From Methanobrevibacter sp. (GTDB lineage Archaea; Methanobacteriota; Methanobacteria; Methanobacteriales; Methanobacteriaceae), in the NCBI RefSeq assembly GCF_017468685.1, contig NZ_JAFUHT010000034.1, forward strand, positions 7,221 through 71,220: a stretch of 64,000 nucleotides of DNA. Reading direction: 5' to 3'. A program made the translations under genes and the position numbers. This document shows positions 1 through 10,639 of this stretch, piece after piece. Below the pieces are notes generated by a model. That model was not told where the DNA came from. It did not search any database and saw only the letters and a list, made by a program, of their open reading frames with translations. Within the stretch, counting starts at the first letter, position 1. Every line of letters starts with the position of its first letter.

Positions 1-10
1 GCTCTTCATA

Positions 11-568
11 ATGGGATATCAGTACAATGTGGTTAAATTCTCAATCGATAAAAAAGATGACCTTCCGGGATTCAATGATATCGCAGGAATGTTAATCAAA
101 GGAATAAAATATTTCATTGTAGTGCTCGCTTATAATATCATTCCAGCAATATTGATGATTGCAGGAGTATTAGGTATTAATGAATCATATGGACTCATAT
201 TGATTTTCATTTCAACAGTACTGTTCATAATCGCATACTTCCTCCTGATTATGGCGCTGAACAATATGATTGCACATGATGAACTTGCAAAGGCATTTGA
301 CTTTAAGGAAATAACTGGCAAAATATCAAATCTCGGATGGGGAAAATATATAGGAACAATCCTATTCACAATAATCGTATTTATGATAATAATGGTCGCC
401 GTAGGATTCATATTGAGTCTTTTAACTGCAGTTCTTGCAATTGCTGTCAATCAGGCATTAATCCTATCAGCAATCGTGGGAGTAATAGAAGGTGTGATTG
501 TAAACTCCTATGCAGGAGTATTCTACAACAGAGTATTAGGATCAATTTACAGGGAATCAATTAAATAG
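11..568 (+). CDS. DUF4013-like membrane protein (probably 5'-truncated by the window edge)
   Basis: Hydrophobic helices with LAKAFDFKEI...GWGKY pattern typical of DUF4013; the frame is open back to the window start. Confidence 0.7.
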   Translation: MGYQYNVVKFSIDKKDDLPGFNDIAGMLIKGIKYFIVVLAYNIIPAILMIAGVLGINESYGLILIFISTVLFIIAYFLLIMALNNMIAHDELAKAFDFKEITGKISNLGWGKYIGTILFTIIVFMIIMVAVGFILSLLTAVLAIAVNQALILSAIVGVIEGVIVNSYAGVFYNRVLGSIYRESIK

Positions 569-576
569 GTGGTAAT

Positions 577-1287
577 TTGAAATTCAATTCAAAAATTTTA
601 GGTGCTTTTTTAGCATTACTGGTTATTGCCCTTGTAATTTCAACTGCAAGCGCAGTTGATTTGGTGAATGATTTTGGAATCGATGTTCTTTCAGGAGCAG
701 ATTTCAATGAAAATACAAATATCAGCATGGATGATATCAATTGGGTGATTTTAGAAAATTCCGGAAACAATTCTGATGATGTGAACACAATAATCTACTT
801 TAAGGATTCAACACATGACAAAAACAGTATTAATAAATTCATCAAAGATTTGGAAGATGATGGGCAAAAAGTTGAAGAGACTGACAAATATACCGTATTC
901 AAAACAACTGAAAATTCCAATGATTTTGATTTTCCAAGCGGATTTGACAATGTGCTAGGCTTTGCTGAGAATATATTTTCATTAGGTAATGGTGTAAATA
1001 TTTCCGCTGACGGCAATTCAGTTTCACTTTCAGATGAAGGCTTAAAGGTTTCAGATGCTGGTGGTGAAAACGTATCCATATCATCAGATGGAATAAGTGT
1101 TTCCGGTGATTCCTCATCAGATGATGAATCCATGGAGATTTCTGATGATATTGATTCAAATTTTGTAAACTTAGATTATTATTTATTTTTGAAAAACAAT
1201 GCCAATGATGAAGTTGTTGTCATATTCGGAAATGATTTGAATTCATTAAAATCAATGGCTGAAACAGCTTCATTCAATGAGAATTAA
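577..1287 (+). CDS. Secreted or membrane-anchored acidic hypothetical protein
   Basis: N-terminal signal peptide (MKFNSKILGAFLALLVIALVISTASA); Asp/Ser-rich body; GGTGGT RBS. Confidence 0.7.
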   Translation: MKFNSKILGAFLALLVIALVISTASAVDLVNDFGIDVLSGADFNENTNISMDDINWVILENSGNNSDDVNTIIYFKDSTHDKNSINKFIKDLEDDGQKVEETDKYTVFKTTENSNDFDFPSGFDNVLGFAENIFSLGNGVNISADGNSVSLSDEGLKVSDAGGENVSISSDGISVSGDSSSDDESMEISDDIDSNFVNLDYYLFLKNNANDEVVVIFGNDLNSLKSMAETASFNEN

Positions 1288-1429
1288 ACTGTTAATTCTC
1301 ATTTATTTTTTTTATTCACACTTTTTTTTATTAAATTTTAAGTATTATAATAAATTAATATTTAAACAGATACTTTACATCAATTGCAGTATTGTGTGTA
1401 GTTGATTTTTTTTAATGGAGAGTCAAAAA

Positions 1430-2878
1430 ATGTCTTCAATAGTTGGTCTTCAAGGTAAATTCAAAGGAAATGAAATTATAAAAATGCTAAAAACCTCAAA
1501 ACATTATGGTCCTGATGCATCAGGAGTATATCTGGATGATATTAAATTAAACATCAATCTGGATGAGTTTGATGATGATAATGAATATGAAATAGCTTTT
1601 GGTCATAATTCATTGTCAGTATATGATAGTGAGGACAGGCAATCCCTGCCTCAACCTGTAAGAAACGGCAATCTTGTTTTGACATTCGATGGAGTATTAT
1701 ACAATTTTAAGACAATCAGGAACCTTGTTCAGAAGGTTGGTATTGAAGCTGAAATCAAATCAGATGCCGAAGCATTATTGTACCTGATTGATTTTTACAA
1801 CAAGGGAGATCTGCTTAACGCCATTCAGATGGTGACTAAATTCATAGATGGTGATTATGCATTCAGCGTCTGGGATGGTGAAAATCTGGCAATTGTCCGT
1901 GATCAATTGGGAGTCAAACCATTGTTTTATTCAAAAACTGATGATTTATGCGGTTTTGCATCAAACAGGCAGGCATTATCTGAAGCAGGTTTTACCGACA
2001 TTGAAACATTAAAACCTGAACACATCCTATATAATTGGGATGATGTAGCTCCGGCACAGGCATTACATGAAAAAATCCTTGAAGGCGATGTAAGTAAAAT
2101 AGACAAGCTATTAAAACTAAGTGTCGGCATGAGAGTTGAAGAATTATACGAGGTAGGTGTAATATTTTCAGGGGGCCTTGACAGTTCATATTTGGCACTG
2201 CTTTTAAAGGAAATATCCGAAAACATCGGACTTAAAATAAAACTCTATGCGGTGGGAAAGGAAGATGCTCATGACATTGAAGCTGCAAAATACGCTGCCA
2301 AATTCCTGAACCTTGATTTGGAAATCTGCGAGATAACAGAAGAGATGATTCGCGATGCACTGCCAAGCGTCATCAGGGCAATCGGTGACGATAATCTGAT
2401 GAAGGTAGGTGTTGGCCTTACAACTTACTTTGCAACAAAAATGGTAGCTGAAGACGGAATAAAAGTTGCAATCTCCGGTCAGGGTGCCGATGAGTTATTC
2501 GGAGGATACAAACGATACCTTGAAGGTTTCGTAAACGACACACTCAATTACGATATCAGAAATGACATTGCAAACATGTATCACGTAAACCTTGAAAGGG
2601 ATGGCTCCTGTGCAATGCTCAATTCAGTAGAGTTGAGACTGCCGTTTTTAGACAAGAAACTGGTTGAACTGGTTTTAAACATTCCAGACAACAAAAAGAT
2701 AGTGTCAATGCATGATGACATGCGAAAAAGCATATTGAGAAAATTGGCCTTTGAAGAGGGACTTGACTATGAAATAGCCTACAGGCCAAAAAAAGCTGCC
2801 CAGTATGGAACCGGAATTGACAAAATCCTGAGAAAGAAAATATTAAAAGACACTGATTTGTCCGAATATTTAGAATGA
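1430..2878 (+). CDS. asnB: Asparagine synthase B family protein
   Basis: RDQLGVKPLFY, FSGGLDSS, SGQGADELFGGY and ELRLPFLD motifs; start placed at ATG 1430 after GGAG; N-terminus is MSSIVG rather than MCGI. Confidence 0.85.
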   Translation: MSSIVGLQGKFKGNEIIKMLKTSKHYGPDASGVYLDDIKLNINLDEFDDDNEYEIAFGHNSLSVYDSEDRQSLPQPVRNGNLVLTFDGVLYNFKTIRNLVQKVGIEAEIKSDAEALLYLIDFYNKGDLLNAIQMVTKFIDGDYAFSVWDGENLAIVRDQLGVKPLFYSKTDDLCGFASNRQALSEAGFTDIETLKPEHILYNWDDVAPAQALHEKILEGDVSKIDKLLKLSVGMRVEELYEVGVIFSGGLDSSYLALLLKEISENIGLKIKLYAVGKEDAHDIEAAKYAAKFLNLDLEICEITEEMIRDALPSVIRAIGDDNLMKVGVGLTTYFATKMVAEDGIKVAISGQGADELFGGYKRYLEGFVNDTLNYDIRNDIANMYHVNLERDGSCAMLNSVELRLPFLDKKLVELVLNIPDNKKIVSMHDDMRKSILRKLAFEEGLDYEIAYRPKKAAQYGTGIDKILRKKILKDTDLSEYLE

Positions 2879-3137
2879 TTTTCAAAATATTGTAAATTAT
2901 TCCATACATTTTATATTTTTTTTTCTTTTATATATTGCTATTTTTCAAATTAGAAACATTTATATACTTCTTTTCAATTAATTAAATATGGCTTATTTTA
3001 TATAAGATTATTTTTTATAAGAATACAGTCGTTTCGGTATTAAATGACTCACAAAGAATATTTTTCTTTTGCAGCACTTTATATACTATTTTTTTATTAT
3101 TTGGAGGTATTATTATTTATTTTAGAGAGGGTGCTCT

Positions 3138-4457
3138 ATGAAAGTAGAACAATTAATTACAAATCCTAAAAAGAGTATCATCGGTTTAAGCATACCAATG
3201 ATATTGTCATTGTTTTTAACAATGATTAACAACCTGGCTGATGCAATGTGGGTATCAGGATTAGGTTCAGATGCACTGGCAGCAATAGGTATCGTAACAC
3301 CGCTATTCATCATAATCATCGGATTGGGAATAGGATTATCTGCCGGTGTTAACTCATCAGTTGCACGTTTCATCGGAAGAGGGGACATGAAAAACGCAGG
3401 AAACAGTGCAACACACGGTGTAATACTAAGCATAATCGTAAGTATAATCATTCCAGGACTTATAGTATTGTTCCTCGACCCGCTTTTAATAGCAATAGGT
3501 GGAGCAAACGTTTTGGGACTCGCTCATGAATATGGTGTATGGATTATTTCCGGTGGATTTACTATCATTATCCAAAACATCTACTGCGGAATATTCAGAT
3601 CAGAAAACAAGGGCGTTAAGGCAACACTTCCGATTGGAGTGGCAGCGGCACTAAACATTATCCTTGACCCAATATTCATATATAATCTCAACATGGGCGT
3701 TGCAGGAGCGGCAATAGCAACAGTGCTTTCAAATTTCATAGGTCTTTTGATGTACCTGTACTGGTCATATGTTAAAAATGACAATACAATCGATGTGAGA
3801 AGCTATTCAAGAAACATGGCAATCTATAAGGACATTATCTCTGTTGGAGTTCCGGCAAGCGCAGAACAAATCATAATGTCACTATTTTCAATGGTTGTAA
3901 ATGTAATCCTTGTATGGGTTGCAACAACAGATTCCGTTGCAGTTTATACTACCGTTTGGAGACTGATAAGTATTGGTGTGATGCTTCCTGTAGGATTCGG
4001 AACAGGTGGAATCAGTGTATTCGGAGCATTATTCGGTGCAAGAAAAACAGAATCCATTATGGAATCATTCAGCTATATTCATAAAATCGGTTTTATCGGA
4101 TCAATTGCAATGGCAGTGATTTTAGCTGTGTTTTCACCATACCTTGCAATGCTCTTTGGTGGAGCAGGACTTAATGATGAGATTGCAAGCGTAACAATTC
4201 TCTTGTGTCCTTATGTGGTATTTGCAAGTTGGAGTATCATCTCAGGTTGTATCCTGCAGAGTTTCGGACGGGGAGATTTGAGTTTAGGATTCACATTCTT
4301 CAAACAAATCATCTTGACACTGGTATTCATTTGGCTATTGCTTTGGATGGGTGAAAATGGTGTATACTGGGGTATTGTCATTGCTAACTTCGTTGGAAGC
4401 CTGATACAGTTAATATTCACTTACCGTTACGTTAAAGGAATACAGAAATATTATTAA
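3138..4457 (+). CDS. MATE family efflux transporter
   Basis: About 12 TM helices; NIILDPIFIY...GVAGAAIAT signature. Confidence 0.9.
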   Translation: MKVEQLITNPKKSIIGLSIPMILSLFLTMINNLADAMWVSGLGSDALAAIGIVTPLFIIIIGLGIGLSAGVNSSVARFIGRGDMKNAGNSATHGVILSIIVSIIIPGLIVLFLDPLLIAIGGANVLGLAHEYGVWIISGGFTIIIQNIYCGIFRSENKGVKATLPIGVAAALNIILDPIFIYNLNMGVAGAAIATVLSNFIGLLMYLYWSYVKNDNTIDVRSYSRNMAIYKDIISVGVPASAEQIIMSLFSMVVNVILVWVATTDSVAVYTTVWRLISIGVMLPVGFGTGGISVFGALFGARKTESIMESFSYIHKIGFIGSIAMAVILAVFSPYLAMLFGGAGLNDEIASVTILLCPYVVFASWSIISGCILQSFGRGDLSLGFTFFKQIILTLVFIWLLLWMGENGVYWGIVIANFVGSLIQLIFTYRYVKGIQKYY

Positions 4458-4581
4458 TAACTAAATTTTTACTTATTCTTTTTTTCATTTTTTTTATTTT
4501 ATCTCATTTTCAATCTTTAACTTTATTAATATTAAAAAACAAAATAATTATATTATTAATTAATATTTAAGGAGTTATTTT

Positions 4582-4797
4582 ATGACAATCGAAAAAGATG
4601 CAGAAGATATTATAGAAAAATTCTCAAAGATTTTAGAAGACATTCCGGATTCAGATGAAACCTGGTACATTACAGATAATTTAAACCTAACCCGTGAAGA
4701 CAAATCACATGAGAAAAATCCTGAAAAAATATTGAGAAACGCTAATATTGACAAAGACGGCAATCTTATTGTAAAAAGAGCAGATTGGACTAATTAA
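4582..4797 (+). CDS. gatC: Asp-tRNA(Asn) amidotransferase subunit C
   Basis: 71 aa; NLTRED motif and short archaeal GatC length; GGAG RBS. Confidence 0.8.
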   Translation: MTIEKDAEDIIEKFSKILEDIPDSDETWYITDNLNLTREDKSHEKNPEKILRNANIDKDGNLIVKRADWTN

Positions 4798-4799
4798 GA

Positions 4800-5294
4800 G
4801 TGATTCATATGAGAATAAACTTAGTTCTAGAACTTTTAGATGTTCCGGGACAGTTAGTAAAAGCTTTAGAGCCAATAAGTGGCGTTGGCGTAAACTTAGT
4901 AACTGTCATTCACAAAAGGGACTATAAAAATGAAAACGGTAATGTTCCAGTTCAGCTCACTTTGGAAGGCGAACAGGAAGATTTGCAGAGATTGATTCAA
5001 AGATTTGAAGATTTGGGATTTACCATTATAGAAATGGATGGTGTAGTTAAAAAGGAAAAAATCACCACTATTTTCTTCGGCCACATTGTGGATCAGGACT
5101 TAAGGGACACCATGGACAGAATCAATGAACTTGAAGGTGTTGTAATAGTTGCATTTGACATTAAATTGAACGGTGAAGAAAAATCCACAGCATTAATTAA
5201 CATTGAAGCCGATGTGGGTAAAAAACAAATAGTATTTAATAGAATTGCAGAAATTGCTGAAGAAAAAGAATTACTTGTGATTAATGAAGTTTAA
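4800..5294 (+). CDS. ACT-domain amino-acid-binding protein (homoserine dehydrogenase-associated)
   Basis: LELLDVPGQL ACT motif; directly upstream of hom. Confidence 0.8.
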   Translation: MIHMRINLVLELLDVPGQLVKALEPISGVGVNLVTVIHKRDYKNENGNVPVQLTLEGEQEDLQRLIQRFEDLGFTIIEMDGVVKKEKITTIFFGHIVDQDLRDTMDRINELEGVVIVAFDIKLNGEEKSTALINIEADVGKKQIVFNRIAEIAEEKELLVINEV

Positions 5295-6326
5295 GTGATG
5301 ATTATTATGGATGAATGTAAAGTCATTATCATGGGATTTGGTTCAGTTGGCCAGGGTGTTGCCAATGCACTTTCCATGAAGAAGGATTTAATAAAGGATA
5401 AAACTGGAGTTAATGTTAAAATTGTAGCTGCAGCTGATTCATCTACCTCTGCAATATCACAGGATGGATTAGATGAAAAACTCCTTGTTGAAACAAAGAA
5501 AAATGAAGGAAAATTATCAGCATATCCAGAATTCGGATCTGATAAGAATGGTGCAGATATTTTAGATGCTGTTGAATATGATTGTCTTATAGAAGCAACT
5601 CCTACAAATATCGTTGATGCAGAACCTGCATTATCTTTAACACTCAAGGCATTCGAACAAGGAAAAGATGTAGTAACATCAAACAAAGGACATTTAGCAT
5701 TAAAATTCAAGGAAGTAGTTGGTGCAGCAGAAAAAGCTGGTGTGGAATTCAAATATGAAGCCAGCGTTGGCGGATCAATGCCAATCATCAATTTCACAAA
5801 AGACACACTCTCATCATGTGATATCAAATCAATCAAAGGAATTTTAAACGGTACCACAAACTATATCCTTTCAAGAATGACTTCTGAAGGCTCAGACTAT
5901 GAAGTTATTTTAAAAGAGTCTCAGGAACTTGGAATAGCAGAAACTGACCCTACACAGGATGTTGAAGGTATTGATGCAGCATGTAAGACAGTAATCCTGG
6001 CAAATTCCCTTTTAGGAATTGATGCAACCTACAGTGACGTTAAAGTTGAAGGTATTTCAAACATTAATTCACAGGCTATTGAACTCGCCAAAAAGGATGA
6101 TTACTTAATTAAACTGATAGCTGAAGTATCTCCTGATAACTTACAGGTATCTCCTCGTTTGGTTAAAAGAGGAAGTTCCTATGATGTAAGCGGAACCTTG
6201 AACATGGCTACAATCAAAACTGATTTGGCTGATGAAGTTTCCGTAATCGGGCTTGGAGCAGGTTCCCTTGAAACTGCTTCTGCAATGTTGACTGACTTGA
6301 TTAGTATTTTAAACAAAAAATACTAA
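5295..6326 (+). CDS. hom: Homoserine dehydrogenase
   Basis: GFGSVG Rossmann motif, [33 protein letters not shown]. Confidence 0.95.
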   Translation: MMIIMDECKVIIMGFGSVGQGVANALSMKKDLIKDKTGVNVKIVAAADSSTSAISQDGLDEKLLVETKKNEGKLSAYPEFGSDKNGADILDAVEYDCLIEATPTNIVDAEPALSLTLKAFEQGKDVVTSNKGHLALKFKEVVGAAEKAGVEFKYEASVGGSMPIINFTKDTLSSCDIKSIKGILNGTTNYILSRMTSEGSDYEVILKESQELGIAETDPTQDVEGIDAACKTVILANSLLGIDATYSDVKVEGISNINSQAIELAKKDDYLIKLIAEVSPDNLQVSPRLVKRGSSYDVSGTLNMATIKTDLADEVSVIGLGAGSLETASAMLTDLISILNKKY

Positions 6327-6352
6327 TTCCTTTTATACTTTTTTTTGATAAT

Positions 6353-7564
6353 ATGAAATATGTAATTTTTATCCCTGACGGTTCCAGTGATTACCCTGTA
6401 GATGAATTAGATGGAAAAACTCCTTTAATGGTTGCAAAAACTCCAAACATTGATAAATTAGCAAAAATGGGTTTTGGAGGATTCACAAATAACGTTCCTG
6501 AACAGTACACTCCAGGCTCAGACGTTGCCAACATGAGTATTTTCGGATTCAATCCTGCCGATTACTATACTGGTCGTGGACCATTGGAAGCAGGAAGCGA
6601 AGGAATTCCAACAGAACCTGAAGATGTGATTTTCAGATGCAACACTATATTCAGTGAAAGTGATGCAATGGATGACTTCAATGCAGGCCACATCACCACA
6701 GCTGAAGCAGATGAACTGATGAAAGGATTAAACGAATACTTCACAGAAAAATATCCTGATTTTAAAGGCAAATTCTACACTGGAGTAAGCTACAGACACC
6801 TGTTCATCTACTCATGTGACAGCGTCGAGGATGCTGAAATACTCTCAAGCATCAAAACAATGCCTCCGCATGACATTTCCGGCGAAAAACTTGTTGATAA
6901 TCTATTTGGTGAATGTGAACTGGCAGAAGAGATGCAATTAATAATGTTTGAAGCAAGAGAATATCTTAAAAATCATCCTGTAAATGAAAAAAGGGAAATT
7001 CCAGCAAACATGATCTGGCTATGGGGACAAGGCGTAACACCAAGTTTACCAAACTTCGAGGAAACCTATGGAATAACCGCTTCAGTAATAACTGGTGTAG
7101 ATTTACTTAAAGGAATCGGTAACTTCGCAGGAATGAATATTGTGGATGTTCCGGGAGCTACAGGATACTTCGACACTGATTACAGGCAAAAAGGAGAATA
7201 TGGAATCAATGCCTTAAAGGAAACTGACTTATTATTGATTCACATTGAAGCTCCTGATGAGGCAGGACATGCTCAAAACACCACTGAAAAAGTTAAAGCA
7301 TTGGAAAGAATTGATGAATTCATTGTCGGACCAATCATTGAAAGTCTGGAAGGTCAAAAATTCAGAGGAGCAATATTACCCGACCATCCAACCCCAATCA
7401 GCATCGGAACCCATACACGGGATAATGTACCAATAATCATCTTTGATTCCGAACGTGAAGGTGATGAATGTGAATCATTCGATGAGGAAGGAGTCAAAAA
7501 AGGTTCACTGGAATTCAAAAAAGGACATTTATTAGTTCAAAGATTAATTGATGGAGATTATTGA
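6353..7564 (+). CDS. apgM: 2,3-bisphosphoglycerate-independent phosphoglycerate mutase
   Basis: DG..D, GKTPL, PGSDVAN, GRGPLEA, EAPDEAGH and PDHPTP motifs. Confidence 0.9.
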   Translation: MKYVIFIPDGSSDYPVDELDGKTPLMVAKTPNIDKLAKMGFGGFTNNVPEQYTPGSDVANMSIFGFNPADYYTGRGPLEAGSEGIPTEPEDVIFRCNTIFSESDAMDDFNAGHITTAEADELMKGLNEYFTEKYPDFKGKFYTGVSYRHLFIYSCDSVEDAEILSSIKTMPPHDISGEKLVDNLFGECELAEEMQLIMFEAREYLKNHPVNEKREIPANMIWLWGQGVTPSLPNFEETYGITASVITGVDLLKGIGNFAGMNIVDVPGATGYFDTDYRQKGEYGINALKETDLLLIHIEAPDEAGHAQNTTEKVKALERIDEFIVGPIIESLEGQKFRGAILPDHPTPISIGTHTRDNVPIIIFDSEREGDECESFDEEGVKKGSLEFKKGHLLVQRLIDGDY

Positions 7565-7565
7565 A

Positions 7566-8201
7566 ATGAAAGTAATATTAGTAAACGGCAGTCCGAATAA
7601 AAACGGATGCACTTATACTGCACTGACATATGTTGAAGAAACTTTAAATGAAGCAGGAATTGACACAGAAATATTTTGGATTGGAACAAAACCTATTATA
7701 GGTTGTACAGCATGCTTTAAATGCGGTGAAAAAGGAGTCTGTACATTTGACAATGATGTGGTTAATGAATTTGTCAAAAAAGCATATGATGCTGACGGAT
7801 TCATATTCGGCTCACCGGTTTATTATGCAGGTGCTGCGGGGGCCATGACTGCATTTATGGATAGGGCATTTTATTCCAATTCCCATGGGACTGGACTTGA
7901 AGCATTTAAACACAAACCTGCATCTGTAATTTGTTCTGCAAGACGTGCAGGAACAACTGCAACTTATGATCAGTTAAATAAATATTTGGGAATTTCCCAG
8001 ATGCCTATTGTATCATCATTCTATTGGAATATGGTTCATGGAAACACTCCTGAAGAAGTCAAACAGGATAAGGAAGGTCTTGCAACCATGAGACAGCTTG
8101 GAAGAAACATGGCATATTTCTTAAAATGTATTGAAGCAGGTAAAAAAGAAGGATTAGTTCCTGAAGAGGAACCAAAAATAGCTTTTAACTTTATAAGATA
8201 A
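7566..8201 (+). CDS. Iron-sulfur flavoprotein / NADPH-dependent FMN reductase family
   Basis: NGSP..G.T, CxxCxxC (CTACFKC), GSPVYY; ATG at 7566. Confidence 0.85.
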   Translation: MKVILVNGSPNKNGCTYTALTYVEETLNEAGIDTEIFWIGTKPIIGCTACFKCGEKGVCTFDNDVVNEFVKKAYDADGFIFGSPVYYAGAAGAMTAFMDRAFYSNSHGTGLEAFKHKPASVICSARRAGTTATYDQLNKYLGISQMPIVSSFYWNMVHGNTPEEVKQDKEGLATMRQLGRNMAYFLKCIEAGKKEGLVPEEEPKIAFNFIR

Positions 8202-8407
8202 CTTTTTTTTTAGAAAAATACTATCAAGTATTTTTCTTAGATTTTCTCTTATTGAAAACAATTTTGATTTTAAATGATTATATTTTAGTATAATTATAAT
8301 ATTTATGTTAGTTTATTAAATTGCCTTAGATTTATTTAGAAATATTTAAATAAAGTAAGATATAAACTATTTTTTAGTTTTTAATAAATTTCTGGAGGTT
8401 AAAAATT

Positions 8408-8824
8408 ATGCAAAAAAATTTCTCTTTAAGGCAGAATATGCAAATCTCTCAAGAAAATGGATATGTTGGGTTAAATATTTCGAATTTTGATAATAATTTT
8501 GAAAAATTATCAGAAATATATAAGTTGCATCATAAAAGTCAGGTTAAAAATTTCATTAAAAAACATAATCATCTGATTGATTATATTCATGTTATAACAC
8601 CTATAATTGAAAATTATTTTCCAAATCACTTAAAATGCCTAACTTTTTGTGAAGACCCTGAATTTTCTAGGTTGAATGATATTGTTGTATATGTTACATG
8701 CAAAGAGTCTTCATTTGATAGCAATTGGCAAAAATTAGATAAACTCCAAAGGGAACTATTTGAAATTGATAATTTTTCAAGAAAAACAAAAGGATTAATT
8801 TCTGTGGATCTGTGGTTAATATGA
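8408..8824 (+). CDS. Hypothetical protein, putative antitoxin partner of the downstream HEPN protein
   Basis: YFP...EDPE...IVVYV...KLDKL...ISVDL pattern; stop overlaps the next start (ATGA); very AT-rich. Confidence 0.55.
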   Translation: MQKNFSLRQNMQISQENGYVGLNISNFDNNFEKLSEIYKLHHKSQVKNFIKKHNHLIDYIHVITPIIENYFPNHLKCLTFCEDPEFSRLNDIVVYVTCKESSFDSNWQKLDKLQRELFEIDNFSRKTKGLISVDLWLI

Positions 8825-9213
8825 AACAGTTTGACTGGAGGAAAAATAACAATGTAGGAATACATTTGATGAATTTTTCATCAAATGAAGAATATCAACG
8901 TTCTGCTATTAATAGATTCTATTATTCTTGTTTTGGTCCAGCAAAGAAATATTATGAACAGGCATTTCGTAGAATACTTCCATCTGATAATGCTCACAGT
9001 ATACTAATTGAAGAACTAATTAATTCTCCTTTCTTTGAAGAACAACAGTTGGGATTGAAATTTAAGCATTTAAGACGATTAAGAAATCGTGCAGATTATA
9101 ATTCCAAATCACAAAGTTTTTCAGTTAAATCCTCTCAAAAGGTTGTTAATGAAATTTTTTTAATCATTGACAGGTTGCAAAATCATCCGATAAGGCTAAT
9201 GAAAAATAGTTGA
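8821..9213 (+). CDS. HEPN domain protein (putative RNase toxin)
   Basis: RSAINRFYYSCF helix and LRRLRNRADY motif typical of HEPN; conserved His in NAHSIL. Confidence 0.75.
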   Translation: MKQFDWRKNNNVGIHLMNFSSNEEYQRSAINRFYYSCFGPAKKYYEQAFRRILPSDNAHSILIEELINSPFFEEQQLGLKFKHLRRLRNRADYNSKSQSFSVKSSQKVVNEIFLIIDRLQNHPIRLMKNS

Positions 9214-9271
9214 GCCTATTTTTTGCCAAATTAAATAGATTAAAATAATATAATTTTCAAATAATTATATT

Positions 9272-10639
9272 GTGAATTTTAATATTAATATTTTCAAAAC
9301 ACCTGAAGGTTATCTATATTCAAATAAAGCATTACTTGCTTTATTCATTCCTCTTTTAATAGAATATGCACTGGAATTTTTTGTAGGTTTTGCAGATTCA
9401 GTCATGGTTGCATCACTTGGTGAAGCTGCAATTTCAGGTGTTTCTTTAGTTGATTTTCTGATGCAACTACTTATTTTTTCATTTTCTGCTCTTGCAACGG
9501 GTGGAGCAGTTGTAGCCGGTCAATACTTGGGTGATAAACAGATTGGCAAGGCTCAAAATTCAGCAACTCAATTGGTATGGTTTTCAACAATTTTATCCAT
9601 AGTTTTAATGGTTTTGGTAATTATTTTAAAACAAATGCTGATTGGTGTGCTATTCGGTCAGATTGAAGCGGATGTCTGGTCAAATGCAGAATTGTATTTG
9701 TATATTGTTGCATTATCCATTCCATTCATTGCAATATATAATTCAGGAGCAGCAATTTTTAGAACAACCAATGATGCGACATTGCCTATGAAAATAATGT
9801 TTGTCTGTGACATTTTAAACATTTTGGGCAATGCCTTCTGCATTTATTATCTCGGATGGGATGTTCGTGGAGTGGCAATTCCAACAGTAATTTCAAGAGT
9901 GTTGGCAGCACTTTTAGTATTGTACTTTGTTGTTGATGAAGACTATAAGTTACATATCAAGAGAACATTAAAACATAGGTTCGACACTAAAATACTTAAA
10001 AAGGTACTGCAGGTCGGCATTCCATATGGTATTGAAAACGGACTGTTCCAGCTTGGAAGAGTCCTGATTTTGAGTCTGGTTTCAACATTCGGTACAATGG
10101 CTATTGCAGCAAACTCTGTAGGTTATGCAATAGGAATATTTTCAGTACTGCCGGGCTTTGCAATAAATCTAGGTTTGACTGCAGTGATATCAAATTGCGT
10201 CGGTGCTGATGACTATGAACAGGCAAGATATTATAACAGGAAATGCCTAATCTTAGTATATGTATCTCACATTGCCATTAACCTGGTCATTTTTGCAATA
10301 TTGCCTATGATTTTAGGAATTTATAATCTGTCTGATCAAACCGCTGTAATGGCAAGTGAAATGATAATATGGCATGGAATATTTGCAATGATAGTCTGGC
10401 CGTTGGCATTTACAATACCGGCAACATTCAGAGGTGCAGGGGACTCAAAATCAGTAATGTATATTAGTCTGATTGTCATGTTTACATGCAGAATTGCTCT
10501 TGCATATGTTATTGCAGATTGGATGCATGTCGGAGTGTTTGGAACATGGATTGCAATGTTTATTGACTGGTTTGTACGTGCAGGAATTTACATTTACAGA
10601 TACTTTTCAAATAAATGGACAGAATATAGGGTGGTATAA
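9272..10639 (+). CDS. MATE family efflux transporter
   Basis: Multi-TM; DSVMVASLGEAAISGVSL, GVAIPTVISR; GTG start. Confidence 0.9.
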   Translation: MNFNINIFKTPEGYLYSNKALLALFIPLLIEYALEFFVGFADSVMVASLGEAAISGVSLVDFLMQLLIFSFSALATGGAVVAGQYLGDKQIGKAQNSATQLVWFSTILSIVLMVLVIILKQMLIGVLFGQIEADVWSNAELYLYIVALSIPFIAIYNSGAAIFRTTNDATLPMKIMFVCDILNILGNAFCIYYLGWDVRGVAIPTVISRVLAALLVLYFVVDEDYKLHIKRTLKHRFDTKILKKVLQVGIPYGIENGLFQLGRVLILSLVSTFGTMAIAANSVGYAIGIFSVLPGFAINLGLTAVISNCVGADDYEQARYYNRKCLILVYVSHIAINLVIFAILPMILGIYNLSDQTAVMASEMIIWHGIFAMIVWPLAFTIPATFRGAGDSKSVMYISLIVMFTCRIALAYVIADWMHVGVFGTWIAMFIDWFVRAGIYIYRYFSNKWTEYRVV

